NCBI GenBank assembly: GCA_013388805.1
Contig: JACAEO010000392.1
Coordinates: 1-48,357, forward strand
Reading direction: 5' to 3'
Length of the DNA: 48,357 nucleotides
Source: Chloroflexota bacterium
GTDB taxonomy: Bacteria; Chloroflexota; Chloroflexia; Chloroflexales; Chloroflexaceae
Made by a program: the position numbers and the translations under genes. The stretch's first letter is position 1; every line of letters begins with the position of its first letter. Below, piece after piece: positions 1 to 9,052 of the stretch. The notes under the pieces were generated by a model, which worked only from the letters and a program-made list of their open reading frames with translations, was not told where the DNA came from and made no database searches.

Positions 1-13
1 CCCCCCCCCCCCC
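1..13. repeat. Terminal poly-C homopolymer (13 nt); probable sequencing/assembly artefact at contig end
   Basis: Read directly: 13 consecutive C at the 5' end, mirrored by a 42-nt poly-G run at the 3' end. Confidence 0.85.
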
Positions 14-104
14 AAACACCAGCGAACAAACACCTCGTGGAGTAGCGCAGCAGCCCCACACCCCACCGCGGGAGGCGGACGGCGCACAGCATTGAGGTGG
101 TATA

Positions 105-1244
105 ATGCGCCTCCGATACGCCCCGGTTGGCGGCGGCGCTGCGCTGGAGACGCTCGTGACGTATTCGCTCGCGCTCAGGCCGAGCGCGCCCGCCCTCCGA
201 CGCCCACAGCGGCTCATCCTCAAGGTCGAGGGCGAACAGGTCGCGGATGTGGAGTACCGTCCAGACCACGCTGACCTCGCACCATTCGCGCGGCTGGAGC
301 GCATGAGCTATAGCGAACTGGCTGAGGCGGCGCTTGGCTGTTGCCCGAGTTGTGGTATTGCCCACGCGCTGGCCCTCTGCCAGGCGATCGAAGCGCTCGC
401 TGCCGTGCGGCTGCCACCGCGCGCGGCCTACCTGCGGCTGGCCGCAGCAGAACTGGAGCGCGCAGCCTCCCATCTGACGACCCTGGCGGCGCTCTTCGGC
501 GCGCTGGCCCTCCCTTACCTGGCTGAGGCCTGTGCCGCCCAGGCGAGTGCCACGCGCACCGTGCTCACCAGCCTGGCCGGCAGCGCCCCCGCTGCCTGGA
601 TCGTGCCTGCCGGACTGGCGCGCGACATTACGCCCGGGGAAGTGACGGTCCTGTGGTCGGCCGCAACCATCCTGGAACGGCTCTTCCCCCTCGCCGAGCA
701 TACTATTGCCCGACGGAGCCTGCTGGCCCGCACGGTCGAGATCGGCGTGATCAGCGCGGGTGCGGCCGAGCAGTTCGGGCTGGCCGGGCCGCTCGCGCGT
801 GCCGCCGGGCTCACCGCCGATCTGCGGTGCGATGCGCCCTACGCGGCCTATGCCGATCTGACGCCCGGCCTGGTGACCCAGGAGGGCGGTGACGTGCATG
901 CGCGCATGGTGGTGGTGCTGCTCGAGGCGCTGGAGGCGCTGCGGCTGGTAGAACGGGTTGCGCGCGCCTTGCCGGATGGGCCGGTTGGCGCGTCGCTGCC
1001 GGACGAGCTCCCGGCGGGGTCGGCGAGCGCCGCGGTGGAGGCGCCACGCGGCCCGCTACGCTATGATGTGGCGAGCGACGGACGCCGGCTCAGCGCGGTC
1101 AATGTCCGCTGTGCGCCACAACTCGACCGGCTGCTGGCCAGGACGGTGCTGGCGAACGCGGCCCTGGATGATGCGGCACTGATCGTGGTCTCCACCGATC
1201 CGTGTGATGCGTGTCTGGCTGTGAGCAGCGATCAGCTGGCGTAA
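105..1244 (+). CDS. NuoD / group-4 [NiFe]-hydrogenase large-subunit-like protein, divergent
   Basis: 379-aa ORF with GAGGTGG Shine-Dalgarno-like box 4 nt upstream of the ATG. Family landmarks in the translation: CPSCGIAH (C80, C83, H87; nt 342-365) where hydrogenases carry CxxCxxxH; GLAGPLARAAGLTADLRCDAPYAAY; GDVHARM; EAPRGPL; C-terminal DPCDAC (C367, C370). An HRGxEK-type motif is not recognisable. Confidence 0.7.
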   Translation: MRLRYAPVGGGAALETLVTYSLALRPSAPALRRPQRLILKVEGEQVADVEYRPDHADLAPFARLERMSYSELAEAALGCCPSCGIAHALALCQAIEALAAVRLPPRAAYLRLAAAELERAASHLTTLAALFGALALPYLAEACAAQASATRTVLTSLAGSAPAAWIVPAGLARDITPGEVTVLWSAATILERLFPLAEHTIARRSLLARTVEIGVISAGAAEQFGLAGPLARAAGLTADLRCDAPYAAYADLTPGLVTQEGGDVHARMVVVLLEALEALRLVERVARALPDGPVGASLPDELPAGSASAAVEAPRGPLRYDVASDGRRLSAVNVRCAPQLDRLLARTVLANAALDDAALIVVSTDPCDACLAVSSDQLA

Positions 1245-1247
1245 AGT

Positions 1248-2963
1248 ATGCTCAACCCTGGCTTTATCATCCTGCTGGCTGGTGCGGCGCTCTGCTTCGG
1301 GCTGAGCCGCCTGGTGCCCACCCGGACGCTGGGCCTGGTTGCTGCGCTCGCCGCCTTGCTGGCGGCCGGCGCGGTGGCCCTGGCGCCGGCGCCGGGCGCT
1401 GAACAGGCCACGGTGGAGGTGCTCAGCATCGGCGGGGCGCGCTTCACGCTGGCGCCCGGGCTCGCAGCTGGCGAGCGCGCCGTGGCCCTGGCTCTGCTTG
1501 GCGGTGGCGGGGCGGCGCTGCTCGGGTTGGCCGGCGCGGTGGCTGCCGCTGTGCGCGGCTTTGGCACGGTGTTCGCCTGGTCGCTGCTCTGCCTGGCGGC
1601 GGTCCTGTTCAGCCTCAATGCGCCGCCGCTCTCACTGTTTCAGCCGCAGTCGTGGTCGGTGCTGGCGCTGGCCGGCTATGGGGCGTTGCGCGCCAGTGGC
1701 ACGGCTGCGCGCAGCGGGGCGCCGCCGCTCGGGGTGAGCTTCGGGCTGGCGGCCAGCGCGCTGCTGATGGTGGCCCTGCTCGTCGGCGGACCGGCCCTTG
1801 CCGCGGGCGGCAGCACGGCCTGGCCTGCGGCTGGCGCCGGGCTGCTCGCGGCCCTGGGGCTGGCAGCCTGCGCTCCGCTGATGAATGGCCGTGACGATAG
1901 CACAGAGGCCCCCGCGCTGCTGGGCGCGCTGATCTTCGGGCTGAGCGCGCCCGCAGCGGCGCTCGGCTGGCTGCTGCGGGCTGTGGCCGCGCTGCCTGCG
2001 CTGCCCGGTAGCTGGAGCACGATGCTGGGCCTGGTTGGTGGCCTGGGGGTGCTGGCATGCGGCGCGGGCGCCCTGGGCGAGCAGCGGCTGCGGGCGCTGC
2101 TCGGCTGGGCCTGGGGCAGCCAGGCCAGCCTGGTGGTGGCCGCTGTTGGCCTGCGCGGGCCGCTTGCCGTCGTGGCGGGGCCGAGCCTGCTGCTGAGCCT
2201 GATGCTCGGCGCGGTGGTCGCGGCCGCAGCCGCCGCGGGGGTAGAGCATCACACCGGCAGCGACGACTACCGCGATGGGCGCGGGGCGGTGCCGCGCCTG
2301 GTGGTCCTGGCCTGGACCCTGGGGATCCTCGCCAGTCTGGGGCTGCCGCCGCTCTGGGGCTTCTGGGGGCGGCTCTGGCTGCTGACGACGGCCCAGGTGC
2401 AGCAACCATGGCTGGTGGCGCTGGTGATGGCCGGAATGGTACTGCTGGCGCTCGCGCTGCTCGCCCCGCTGGCCGCTATGCTGACCCCGGCTGATGCGAC
2501 CCGGCCGCGCAGCAACTGGGCCGACCTGGCGCCAGTGGGGCTTGCCGGGGGCGCGCTGCTGGCGCTGGGCCTGGCTCCGCAACTGGCCTGGGCGCACTGG
2601 CCAGGCCAGTTGCCGCTGGCGCCGCTCCAGGCGCCGATCGCGCCCGTGGTGCAGGGAGCCGCCGTGGCCGCCGGGCTGGCGCTGCTCGCGCTGGGCATCC
2701 TGCTGGTCCGCGCGCGGTCGGCACGCACCCTGGCGCGCGACCCGGACGAGGAGGCGGTTCGCCTGGCCCCTGAGGCCCTGGGGGCGCTGCTCCAGCCGCT
2801 GGCCTGGCTCGCCAGGCCGGCGCCCTTGCTGCACGGCCTGTGGCTGGCGCTGCAGCTGGCCAGCGAGTTGCTGCGCATCCCGGTGGGCTTGTTCGAGCAA
2901 CGCTACTACCTGCTCGGCGTCCTCGGGGCGCTGATCACGATCATGCTGCTGATGGCACAGTAG
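1248..2963 (+). CDS. NuoL/M/N- or MrpA/D-like antiporter-type membrane subunit, degenerate
   Basis: 571-aa very hydrophobic ORF starting 4 nt after the previous stop. GLPPLWGFWGRLWLL resembles the GLPPxxGFxxK motif of proton-antiporter-type subunits. The translation contains no lysine. Confidence 0.55.
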   Translation: MLNPGFIILLAGAALCFGLSRLVPTRTLGLVAALAALLAAGAVALAPAPGAEQATVEVLSIGGARFTLAPGLAAGERAVALALLGGGGAALLGLAGAVAAAVRGFGTVFAWSLLCLAAVLFSLNAPPLSLFQPQSWSVLALAGYGALRASGTAARSGAPPLGVSFGLAASALLMVALLVGGPALAAGGSTAWPAAGAGLLAALGLAACAPLMNGRDDSTEAPALLGALIFGLSAPAAALGWLLRAVAALPALPGSWSTMLGLVGGLGVLACGAGALGEQRLRALLGWAWGSQASLVVAAVGLRGPLAVVAGPSLLLSLMLGAVVAAAAAAGVEHHTGSDDYRDGRGAVPRLVVLAWTLGILASLGLPPLWGFWGRLWLLTTAQVQQPWLVALVMAGMVLLALALLAPLAAMLTPADATRPRSNWADLAPVGLAGGALLALGLAPQLAWAHWPGQLPLAPLQAPIAPVVQGAAVAAGLALLALGILLVRARSARTLARDPDEEAVRLAPEALGALLQPLAWLARPAPLLHGLWLALQLASELLRIPVGLFEQRYYLLGVLGALITIMLLMAQ

Positions 2964-2968
2964 ACCCC

Positions 2969-3697
2969 ATGGAGATCAACTGGTTTACCATCGCGATCGG
3001 GGCAACGGCAGCAGTGGTGCTGCTGTTCCGTGACTGGCGGCTAACCTTTGCCGCCCTGCTGCTGAACTACCTGGCCCAGGCGCTGTTTCTGGCCCAGCAG
3101 CGCTTCGTGCCGCCCGACCTCGCGATCTTCGGGCTGGAGCTCAGCACCCTGGTGTTCGTCAAGCTGATCACCGGCGTCGCGGTCACCCTGATCCTGGGGA
3201 TCACCGCGCTGACCTTCTCGCGCGAGTACGGGCTCGAGAACCTCGACGAGTTTGGTCTGGCCGAGTTGCGGCGGGCCGCGCGCGCGGCGCAGCGCCAGCG
3301 CGCCAGTGCGCCATTCCAGTTCAGTGACTACGTCGTGCCCTTCTGGGCGGGCGTGCTAGCGCTCATGGCCAGCCTGGCGCTCCCGCGCATCTACCCGATC
3401 GGCCCCTCTGCGGCGGTCGACTTCGCCTGGTACTGGCTGACGCTCATCGGCCTGCTGACGATCGCCACGGCCACCGACCTGCTCAAGATCGGTCTCGGCT
3501 TGCTGCTCTGCACGAGTGCCATCGATCTGCTCTATGTCGCGGTGGTGAGCGCCCCGGAGGCCAGTGGCCTGAACGTCGTGCCCCTGGTCCTGCTCAGCCT
3601 GATCAACGTCCTGCTGGCCCTGGCGGTGGCGTATTTGAGCGGATTGCTCTACGGACGGCTCAAGACGCTTGAGTTGAGTGAGCTCTACCGGCGTTAG
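2969..3697 (+). CDS. Polytopic membrane protein, possibly NuoJ/NuoK- or MrpC-like small subunit
   Basis: I chose ATG 2969 (MEINWFTIAIG...), 6 nt after the previous stop, rather than the track start 2840, which overlaps the preceding gene by 124 nt. Several hydrophobic helices. Function assigned from context only. Confidence 0.5.
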   Translation: MEINWFTIAIGATAAVVLLFRDWRLTFAALLLNYLAQALFLAQQRFVPPDLAIFGLELSTLVFVKLITGVAVTLILGITALTFSREYGLENLDEFGLAELRRAARAAQRQRASAPFQFSDYVVPFWAGVLALMASLALPRIYPIGPSAAVDFAWYWLTLIGLLTIATATDLLKIGLGLLLCTSAIDLLYVAVVSAPEASGLNVVPLVLLSLINVLLALAVAYLSGLLYGRLKTLELSELYRR

Positions 3698-3705
3698 GCT
3701 AAACG

Positions 3706-5157
3706 ATGGCCTACCTGCTGCTCATCTTTTTCCCGGTGACGATGGCGGCGAGCACCTTCGTGCTGCGTCGCCGCACGGGGCTGGTGATCTTCGCCGCCCT
3801 GGGCACGGTGCTGGCCCAGTTGCTGATCGCTACCCAGATCCCGGTCGATGCGCCAACCCGTTTCCTCGGTATCACCCTGACACTTAGCCCGCTCAACCGG
3901 GTCTTCCTGCTGCTGTTTCTGACCATCGGCGGCTTTGCCATGGTGGGCGCCTGGCACCTGCCCCATGGCGAGAACTTCGTGCCGATCGCGCTGCTCACCC
4001 TGTCGCAGGTCTGTACCGTGCTGCTGTTGCAGGATCCGTTCATCACCACCTTGCTGCTGGCGGCGACTGGCCTGACGGCCGTGCTGGCAATCGTGGACCT
4101 GCCGGCGGGCGCGAGCAACCTGGTGGGCACGCGCGCCATTGCCGCAGCGCTGAAGTACCTGGTGCTGATGACGGTGGCGGCGGTGCTGATGTATATCGCC
4201 TTCGTGCTCACCGACATCTACCGTCCGGGCGAACTGCCGGAGCGCATCTCGCCGGCGCGGTTCATCCTGGCGCTGCTGACGGTGGGTTTCGCGCTGCGGC
4301 TCGCGCTCATCCCCTTCCACACCTGGCTCACCGACCTGGTCGATTATGCCGAGCCGCTGGTGGCCGCGTTGATCATCACCTTGCTGAATACGGCCAGCCT
4401 GCTCGTGCTGATCCTGGTCTTCCAGAGCTTTCCGACCCTGCTCCTGGAGAGTGAGGGCGCCCATGGCGTTATGCGGCTGGGCGCGATCGTCAGTGTGCTG
4501 GTGGGTGGGCTGCTGGCGGTGGGGCCGGCCCCGTTGCGGCGCACACTGGCCTATCTCATCCTCTATGGCAGTGGTATGGTATTCTATGGACTGGCGTCGG
4601 TATCGAGCATCGGGCTAGCGGGGGCGATCTTCGGGGCCCTGAACCAGACCCTGGCGGTCACGCTGCTCTTTGTGAGCCTGGGCCTGCTGGAGCGGCCGGA
4701 TGGGCGCCCGCCGGGCGTCGTGCGCCGCGACCTGTTACGCCGCTGGCCGGTGGCCGGGTCAGGGCTGCTGGTGGGCGGGCTGGCGCTGATCGGCCTGCCG
4801 CCGCTCAATGGAGCCATGAGCCAGTTGTTGATCTACCAGGCGGCGGCCGAGCGCGGCTGGATCGAGTTGCTCCCGTTGCTGCTCAGCACGCTGTTTGCCG
4901 GGCTGGGGCTGGCCCGGGTGGCGAGTGAGCGCTTGCTCGGCCCCGCCGAGGAGACCACGCCGGAGGAACCACTGCTGCTGTGGGAGATCGAGCTTGATCG
5001 CCCGGCCCAGCGGCGGCTCGAGCCCGAGCCCCGTTCGACCGCCGCCCTGACTCTGGTGCTGCTGTTGCTCTGCCTGGGGATTGGCCTCTATCCGCAGCCA
5101 CTGCTGGCCACGATTGACGAAGCGATCCGCGAACTGGCCTTTATCCGGGCGCTGTAG
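3706..5157 (+). CDS. NuoN/NuoM/MrpD-like antiporter-type membrane subunit
   Basis: 483-aa ORF. AAALKYLVLMTVAAVLMY and FALRLALIPFHTWLTDL correspond to the LKY and K-x3-PFH-WLPD motifs of this family, with Arg at the Lys position. GLPPLNGAMSQLLIY lies near the C-terminal third. Confidence 0.7.
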   Translation: MAYLLLIFFPVTMAASTFVLRRRTGLVIFAALGTVLAQLLIATQIPVDAPTRFLGITLTLSPLNRVFLLLFLTIGGFAMVGAWHLPHGENFVPIALLTLSQVCTVLLLQDPFITTLLLAATGLTAVLAIVDLPAGASNLVGTRAIAAALKYLVLMTVAAVLMYIAFVLTDIYRPGELPERISPARFILALLTVGFALRLALIPFHTWLTDLVDYAEPLVAALIITLLNTASLLVLILVFQSFPTLLLESEGAHGVMRLGAIVSVLVGGLLAVGPAPLRRTLAYLILYGSGMVFYGLASVSSIGLAGAIFGALNQTLAVTLLFVSLGLLERPDGRPPGVVRRDLLRRWPVAGSGLLVGGLALIGLPPLNGAMSQLLIYQAAAERGWIELLPLLLSTLFAGLGLARVASERLLGPAEETTPEEPLLLWEIELDRPAQRRLEPEPRSTAALTLVLLLLCLGIGLYPQPLLATIDEAIRELAFIRAL

Positions 5158-5200
5158 CATCGCGGCGCGACGTTGTGTCCTGTGGCCCCCTGAGCTTCTT

Positions 5201-6010
5201 ATGGATGTTCTGCTCGCCATCATCGCCGTACTCGTGTACCCGGGGCTGCTGACGGCCGTCGGGTTAGGGGCATTCTACGGGCTGCTGGTCGGCCAGGGCG
5301 CCACCTGGCCCGACGGGGCCGGGTTGCACGCGCGAGAGGGCCTGGCAGCCGCGGGCAGTGTGGCTGCCGCGGGGCTGGCGCTGGCGACCTTGCCCTGGCC
5401 GTGGCACCCCGCCGGCGGCGCAGGGGCGTGGCTCTGGGCCTGGACGGGCTTCGAACTGGCCTTTCTGCTGCCGCTGCTGCCACCCCTGGCGGCGGGTGTG
5501 CCCTCGGTGGTGCGCGCGGCGATCCGCGAGGCACAGCTGGGCGTCCTGGCGCGGGCAGCGATCTGGGCGGCGCTGGCGCCGGCGCTAAGCGCCCACCTGG
5601 ACTGGCGCCCCGCCACCGCGCCGGCCCATCTGCTGGCCCTGGTGGCCGCGCTGCTAGCGTTCCCGGCCGCCGTAGGCTGGGGACCGTTCGCCAGCGAGGA
5701 GCGGATCACGCCCGGCGGTGTCACGGCGGGGCTGGCCACGCCCACGCGATCGCTGGACGGCTGGGCGCGCGACGTGCGCAGTGGGGCGCTGCTGGCAGCC
5801 ATCCTGGTGGCCGGCCTGCCGGTGCGGGTGGGCCCGCCCTGGCTCGGCCTGCTCGTGGTCGCTGCCGGGGTGGCCAGCGCAGGGCTGCTGTTGCGCCGCC
5901 TTACCGGCCGCATCCCCCGGCTGACCTTGCCGGCTGCGCTGCGGCTCTGTGCGCTCTGGGCATTGCCCCTGGCCGGGCTGGCTTCGCTGGCCCTGGCGGT
6001 GATGGGGTGA
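5201..6010 (+). CDS. Polytopic membrane protein with weak NuoH/HycD-like signature
   Basis: I chose ATG 5201 (MDVLLAIIAV...) rather than the track start 5081, which overlaps the previous gene. GWGPFASEERITPGGVTAG loosely resembles the PFDLxEAESELVxG segment of NuoH. No lysine in 269 aa. Confidence 0.4.
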   Translation: MDVLLAIIAVLVYPGLLTAVGLGAFYGLLVGQGATWPDGAGLHAREGLAAAGSVAAAGLALATLPWPWHPAGGAGAWLWAWTGFELAFLLPLLPPLAAGVPSVVRAAIREAQLGVLARAAIWAALAPALSAHLDWRPATAPAHLLALVAALLAFPAAVGWGPFASEERITPGGVTAGLATPTRSLDGWARDVRSGALLAAILVAGLPVRVGPPWLGLLVVAAGVASAGLLLRRLTGRIPRLTLPAALRLCALWALPLAGLASLALAVMG

Positions 6011-6077
6011 CACGGAACGCGGGCCCGCCGCTGTCGCGGGGGACCCCGGTGATGAGGCACGGAGGCGAGGAGCAGGG

Positions 6078-7160
6078 GTGAGCGACGTCATCGAGATCGA
6101 GGAGTTGTTCAAGGCCTATGGCAGTCTGCCGGTGCTGCAGGGGTTGAGCCTGCGCGTCAGGGCGGGTGAGGTCTACGGCCTGCTGGGGCCGAATGGCGCC
6201 GGCAAATCAACCCTGATCCACCTGATGATGGGCTTTCTGCGCCCGAACCAGGGCCGGCTGCGGCTGTTCGGCTCCACCAGGCTGGAGCGCATGCGCGCCC
6301 GCATCGGCTACATCCCTGAGCGTCAACGCTACCACACCCGCTACAATGCCCGCGAGTACCTGCGCTTTCTGGGGCAGTTCAGCGGTCTGACGGGGGCCGC
6401 GTTGCACGAGCGGGTGGAGCGCGAGTTGATCGCCGTGGGGTTGCGCGATGCCGCCGAGCGGAGCCTTGGCACCTACTCCAAGGGCATGCTGCAACGCCTG
6501 GGTGTGGCCCAGGCCCTGCTCTGCGATCCGGACCTGCTACTGATCGACGAGCCGACGAGCGGTCTTGACCCGGCCGGCCAGCGTGAAGTGATCGAACTGC
6601 TCGCCAGCGTGCGCGAGCGCGGCCACACCGTGTTTCTCTGCACCCACTACCTGCAGGAAGTCGAAGTGCTCTGCGACCGGGTGGGAGTGCTGGCGGGCGG
6701 GCGCATCGCCGCTGAGGCCCACACGCGCGAGTTGCGTGAGGTGGCGAGCAGTGTGCGTATCAGTGTCAGTCCGCTCGGGGCCGAGGTGCAGGCGCAGATC
6801 GCGGCCCTGGGGCCAGGCGTGCGCTGTGAAGAACGGAGTGTGCGGCTCAGCCCGAACAGCGCCGCGCTGCAGGCAGCGGTGCTGCAGGCGCTGCTCGATG
6901 CCAGGGTTGCGATCATCGCCCTGGAGCCGCTTGAGAGCCCGCTGGAGCGGCTCTACCGCGAGGCGGTCCACGAGACGCTGCCCAGCCCGGGCGAGGCCCA
7001 TGGGCTGCCCGCTGCGCTCTGGGATCTGCCGCTCCCCGGCGAGCAGTCGCCACCAACGCCCGCCGATGGGCGGCGTGGCGAGGGCGATACGCTGCTCAAC
7101 GAACTGCTCGGCCGCAACGATCGCGACCAGGATCCGGGCGAGCGCACGCCAGGGGCGTAG
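6078..7160 (+). CDS. ABC transporter ATP-binding protein (ABC-2/DrrA-like, with C-terminal extension)
   Basis: GTG start preceded by GGAGGCGAGGAG. Walker A GPNGAGKST, signature YSKGMLQRL, Walker B LLLIDEPTSGLD, H-loop region FLCTHYL. Confidence 0.9.
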   Translation: MSDVIEIEELFKAYGSLPVLQGLSLRVRAGEVYGLLGPNGAGKSTLIHLMMGFLRPNQGRLRLFGSTRLERMRARIGYIPERQRYHTRYNAREYLRFLGQFSGLTGAALHERVERELIAVGLRDAAERSLGTYSKGMLQRLGVAQALLCDPDLLLIDEPTSGLDPAGQREVIELLASVRERGHTVFLCTHYLQEVEVLCDRVGVLAGGRIAAEAHTRELREVASSVRISVSPLGAEVQAQIAALGPGVRCEERSVRLSPNSAALQAAVLQALLDARVAIIALEPLESPLERLYREAVHETLPSPGEAHGLPAALWDLPLPGEQSPPTPADGRRGEGDTLLNELLGRNDRDQDPGERTPGA

Positions 7161-7272
7161 TCTCCGTGGCCGCTGGCCGTGGTTGGTGTTCCAACGGCCC
7201 GGGCCAGTGGCGGCCAGGATCGGGTCAGGGGCATTGGCGTCAGGAAGGCTCCCTAACCAGAGCGGACATGCT

Positions 7273-8019
7273 ATGCGTCTCCTTCGCTTTACGGGCTTTA
7301 CCCTGCTGGAGTACCTGCGCTCGGGGCGGATCGTGATCGAGATCGTCGCCCTGCTGGCCGTATTCTTCATCTTTCTGCGGCGTCCGATGAATGCCCAGTA
7401 CTTCTTCAGCGTGCTGGGCGTCTTCACGCCGGCGCTCACGCTGTACACCATGGCCGCCTTCATCGGTCTTGGCGACCGGCCGCAGGGCTATGTGCTGCTC
7501 GCGCGGGGGGTCGGGCGCGGCACCTTTTTGCTCGGCCTGTTCTTCGGCGCTTGCACCATCGTGGCGGGCGCCTACGGGCTGCTGAGCCTCGCCACGGCCG
7601 GCCTCAACCGCCCGGTCGACCTGGGTTTCGGCGACTGGCTGCTCGGCACCCTGCCACTCCTGCTCAACATCAGCCTGCTTGCCGCCCTGTTGCTCATGCT
7701 CTCGCCGCTGGTCTTTCCCACCGGCTGGCGCCTGGTCGTGCTGGGGCTGATCGCCCTGGCCTTCTCCAGCAACTTCATCGGCGGCACGCTGCTCGTCGCA
7801 TTGCCCGACGCGGTGCGCTCCGTCTTGCGGGCGCTGCAGGCGCTGCTGGGCGGGCCACTGGTGCCGGCGTTCTACGGCTTCCAGCTGGCAGTCACGCGGG
7901 ACTACAGCACGCCGACCGCGATCGCGAACATCCTGGCGCAGGCCTCACTCCTTGTCTCGCTGCTCGGCCTGTCGATCTATGCCTTTGCACGGCGAGACTT
8001 GATTTTTAGTAATCAATAG
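7273..8019 (+). CDS. Membrane protein, probable permease partner of the ABC ATPase
   Basis: ATG 7273 (MRLLRFTGFTLLEYL...). The upstream part of track ORF 6736-8019 overlaps the ABC gene in another frame. About 6 hydrophobic segments. Function assigned from position only. Confidence 0.55.
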   Translation: MRLLRFTGFTLLEYLRSGRIVIEIVALLAVFFIFLRRPMNAQYFFSVLGVFTPALTLYTMAAFIGLGDRPQGYVLLARGVGRGTFLLGLFFGACTIVAGAYGLLSLATAGLNRPVDLGFGDWLLGTLPLLLNISLLAALLLMLSPLVFPTGWRLVVLGLIALAFSSNFIGGTLLVALPDAVRSVLRALQALLGGPLVPAFYGFQLAVTRDYSTPTAIANILAQASLLVSLLGLSIYAFARRDLIFSNQ

Positions 8020-8055
8020 CAATGTGAACTGGCTCCTGGGGAGGAGAACGACCTG

Positions 8056-8796
8056 ATGAGCGCTGGCACAACCAGGGAGCGGGCCGACGGGCTGATCGCG
8101 CGGGGTCGCGCGTTATTGGAGCAGGGCGAGCTGGCGCGGGCGACCGAGCTGCTCAACCAGGCGGTCCGCCTCTACTGGGCGGCAGGCGAGCAGTACACGG
8201 CCGCGGCGCAGATCGGCAACTACGGCTGGGCGCTGCGCCGCACGGGCCGTGCAGACCTGGCGCGGCCCTACCTGGAGCAGGCAGCCACACTCTTTGCGCA
8301 GTTGGGGCTGCAGGAGTTTGCCGAGCGTCACCGGTTCGCCGCCGAGGATGCAAACCCCGGCATCACCGCAGAGTTGCTCGCCAGCCTGCCGCCAGCGGTG
8401 CGTGGGGCGTTGGAGCGGGCCGACGTGGCCGGGCTGCAGGGGGCACTGGATGCGCTGCCGATCGCCGAGCGCGCGCTCGTGCTGGAGCGACTGATGGCCG
8501 CTGGCGTCGTCACCGCGCTGGACGGCGACGACGCTGCGACGGACCACGCCGAGGCGTTGCGCCAGTTCGAGCCGCTGCTGCAGGGCATCGTGGCCGTGGC
8601 CCGTGGCGCGGAAGCCGAGCGCGCCGAGGTCGAACTGGCCCTGGAGGACGTGGAACGCAAGGGCTGGCGGCTGCGCACTGCCGCCGCGCAGATCTGGGCC
8701 GGCGAGCGGCGCCTCGCGTCGCTCACCGATGGGCTCGACGAGCTGGATCGCGCGCTGATCGCGCGCATCCTTGCCATGCTCGCCGAGGCGGCGTAG
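8056..8796 (+). CDS. Hypothetical protein with TPR-like N-terminal helices
   Basis: 246-aa ORF with GGAGGAG 8 nt upstream of the ATG. Ala/Leu/Glu-rich helical repeats. No motif I can name. Confidence 0.5.
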   Translation: MSAGTTRERADGLIARGRALLEQGELARATELLNQAVRLYWAAGEQYTAAAQIGNYGWALRRTGRADLARPYLEQAATLFAQLGLQEFAERHRFAAEDANPGITAELLASLPPAVRGALERADVAGLQGALDALPIAERALVLERLMAAGVVTALDGDDAATDHAEALRQFEPLLQGIVAVARGAEAERAEVELALEDVERKGWRLRTAAAQIWAGERRLASLTDGLDELDRALIARILAMLAEAA

Positions 8797-8906
8797 CCCG
8801 CGGGGAGTGGAACAATCTGCCTGCTGCGCTGAGAATGGTCATCTGGCAACCTCCAGTTCGATGGCGTCTCCTCAGGCGATATGGTACTGTGCGTGGAGGG
8901 CACGTA

Positions 8907-9044
8907 ATACCGCTTCTGCTTGATGGCATCGCATTGGCTCAGTTCTACACCTCCACAGCTCTACAGCGCTACAAAGTCCTGTGTGGAGCTGGAGCGCTGT
9001 GGAGATGAGCGGGACAATGCGGGATTGTCAATTCCAACTGGTAT
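8907..9044 (+). repeat. 138-bp palindromic intergenic repeat, copy A (MITE/REP-like)
   Basis: By hand alignment, roughly 92 percent identical (about 11 mismatches) to the reverse complement of nt 11188-11325. Built from CTCCACAG/CTGTGGAG and AGCGCT-centred words. The termini ATACCG...CTGGTAT are themselves inverted. Confidence 0.85.
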
Positions 9045-9052
9045 AAGCGGCT

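Noticed and set aside
6736-7272. N-terminal 179 codons of track ORF 6736-8019, and similar upstream extensions of ORFs starting at 2840, 5081, 12996, 13903, 26636, 27493, 43681 and 45088.
   Set aside because: The extensions overlap the preceding well-supported genes in another frame. Internal starts placed just after the upstream stop give proteins that begin at the expected family N-termini.
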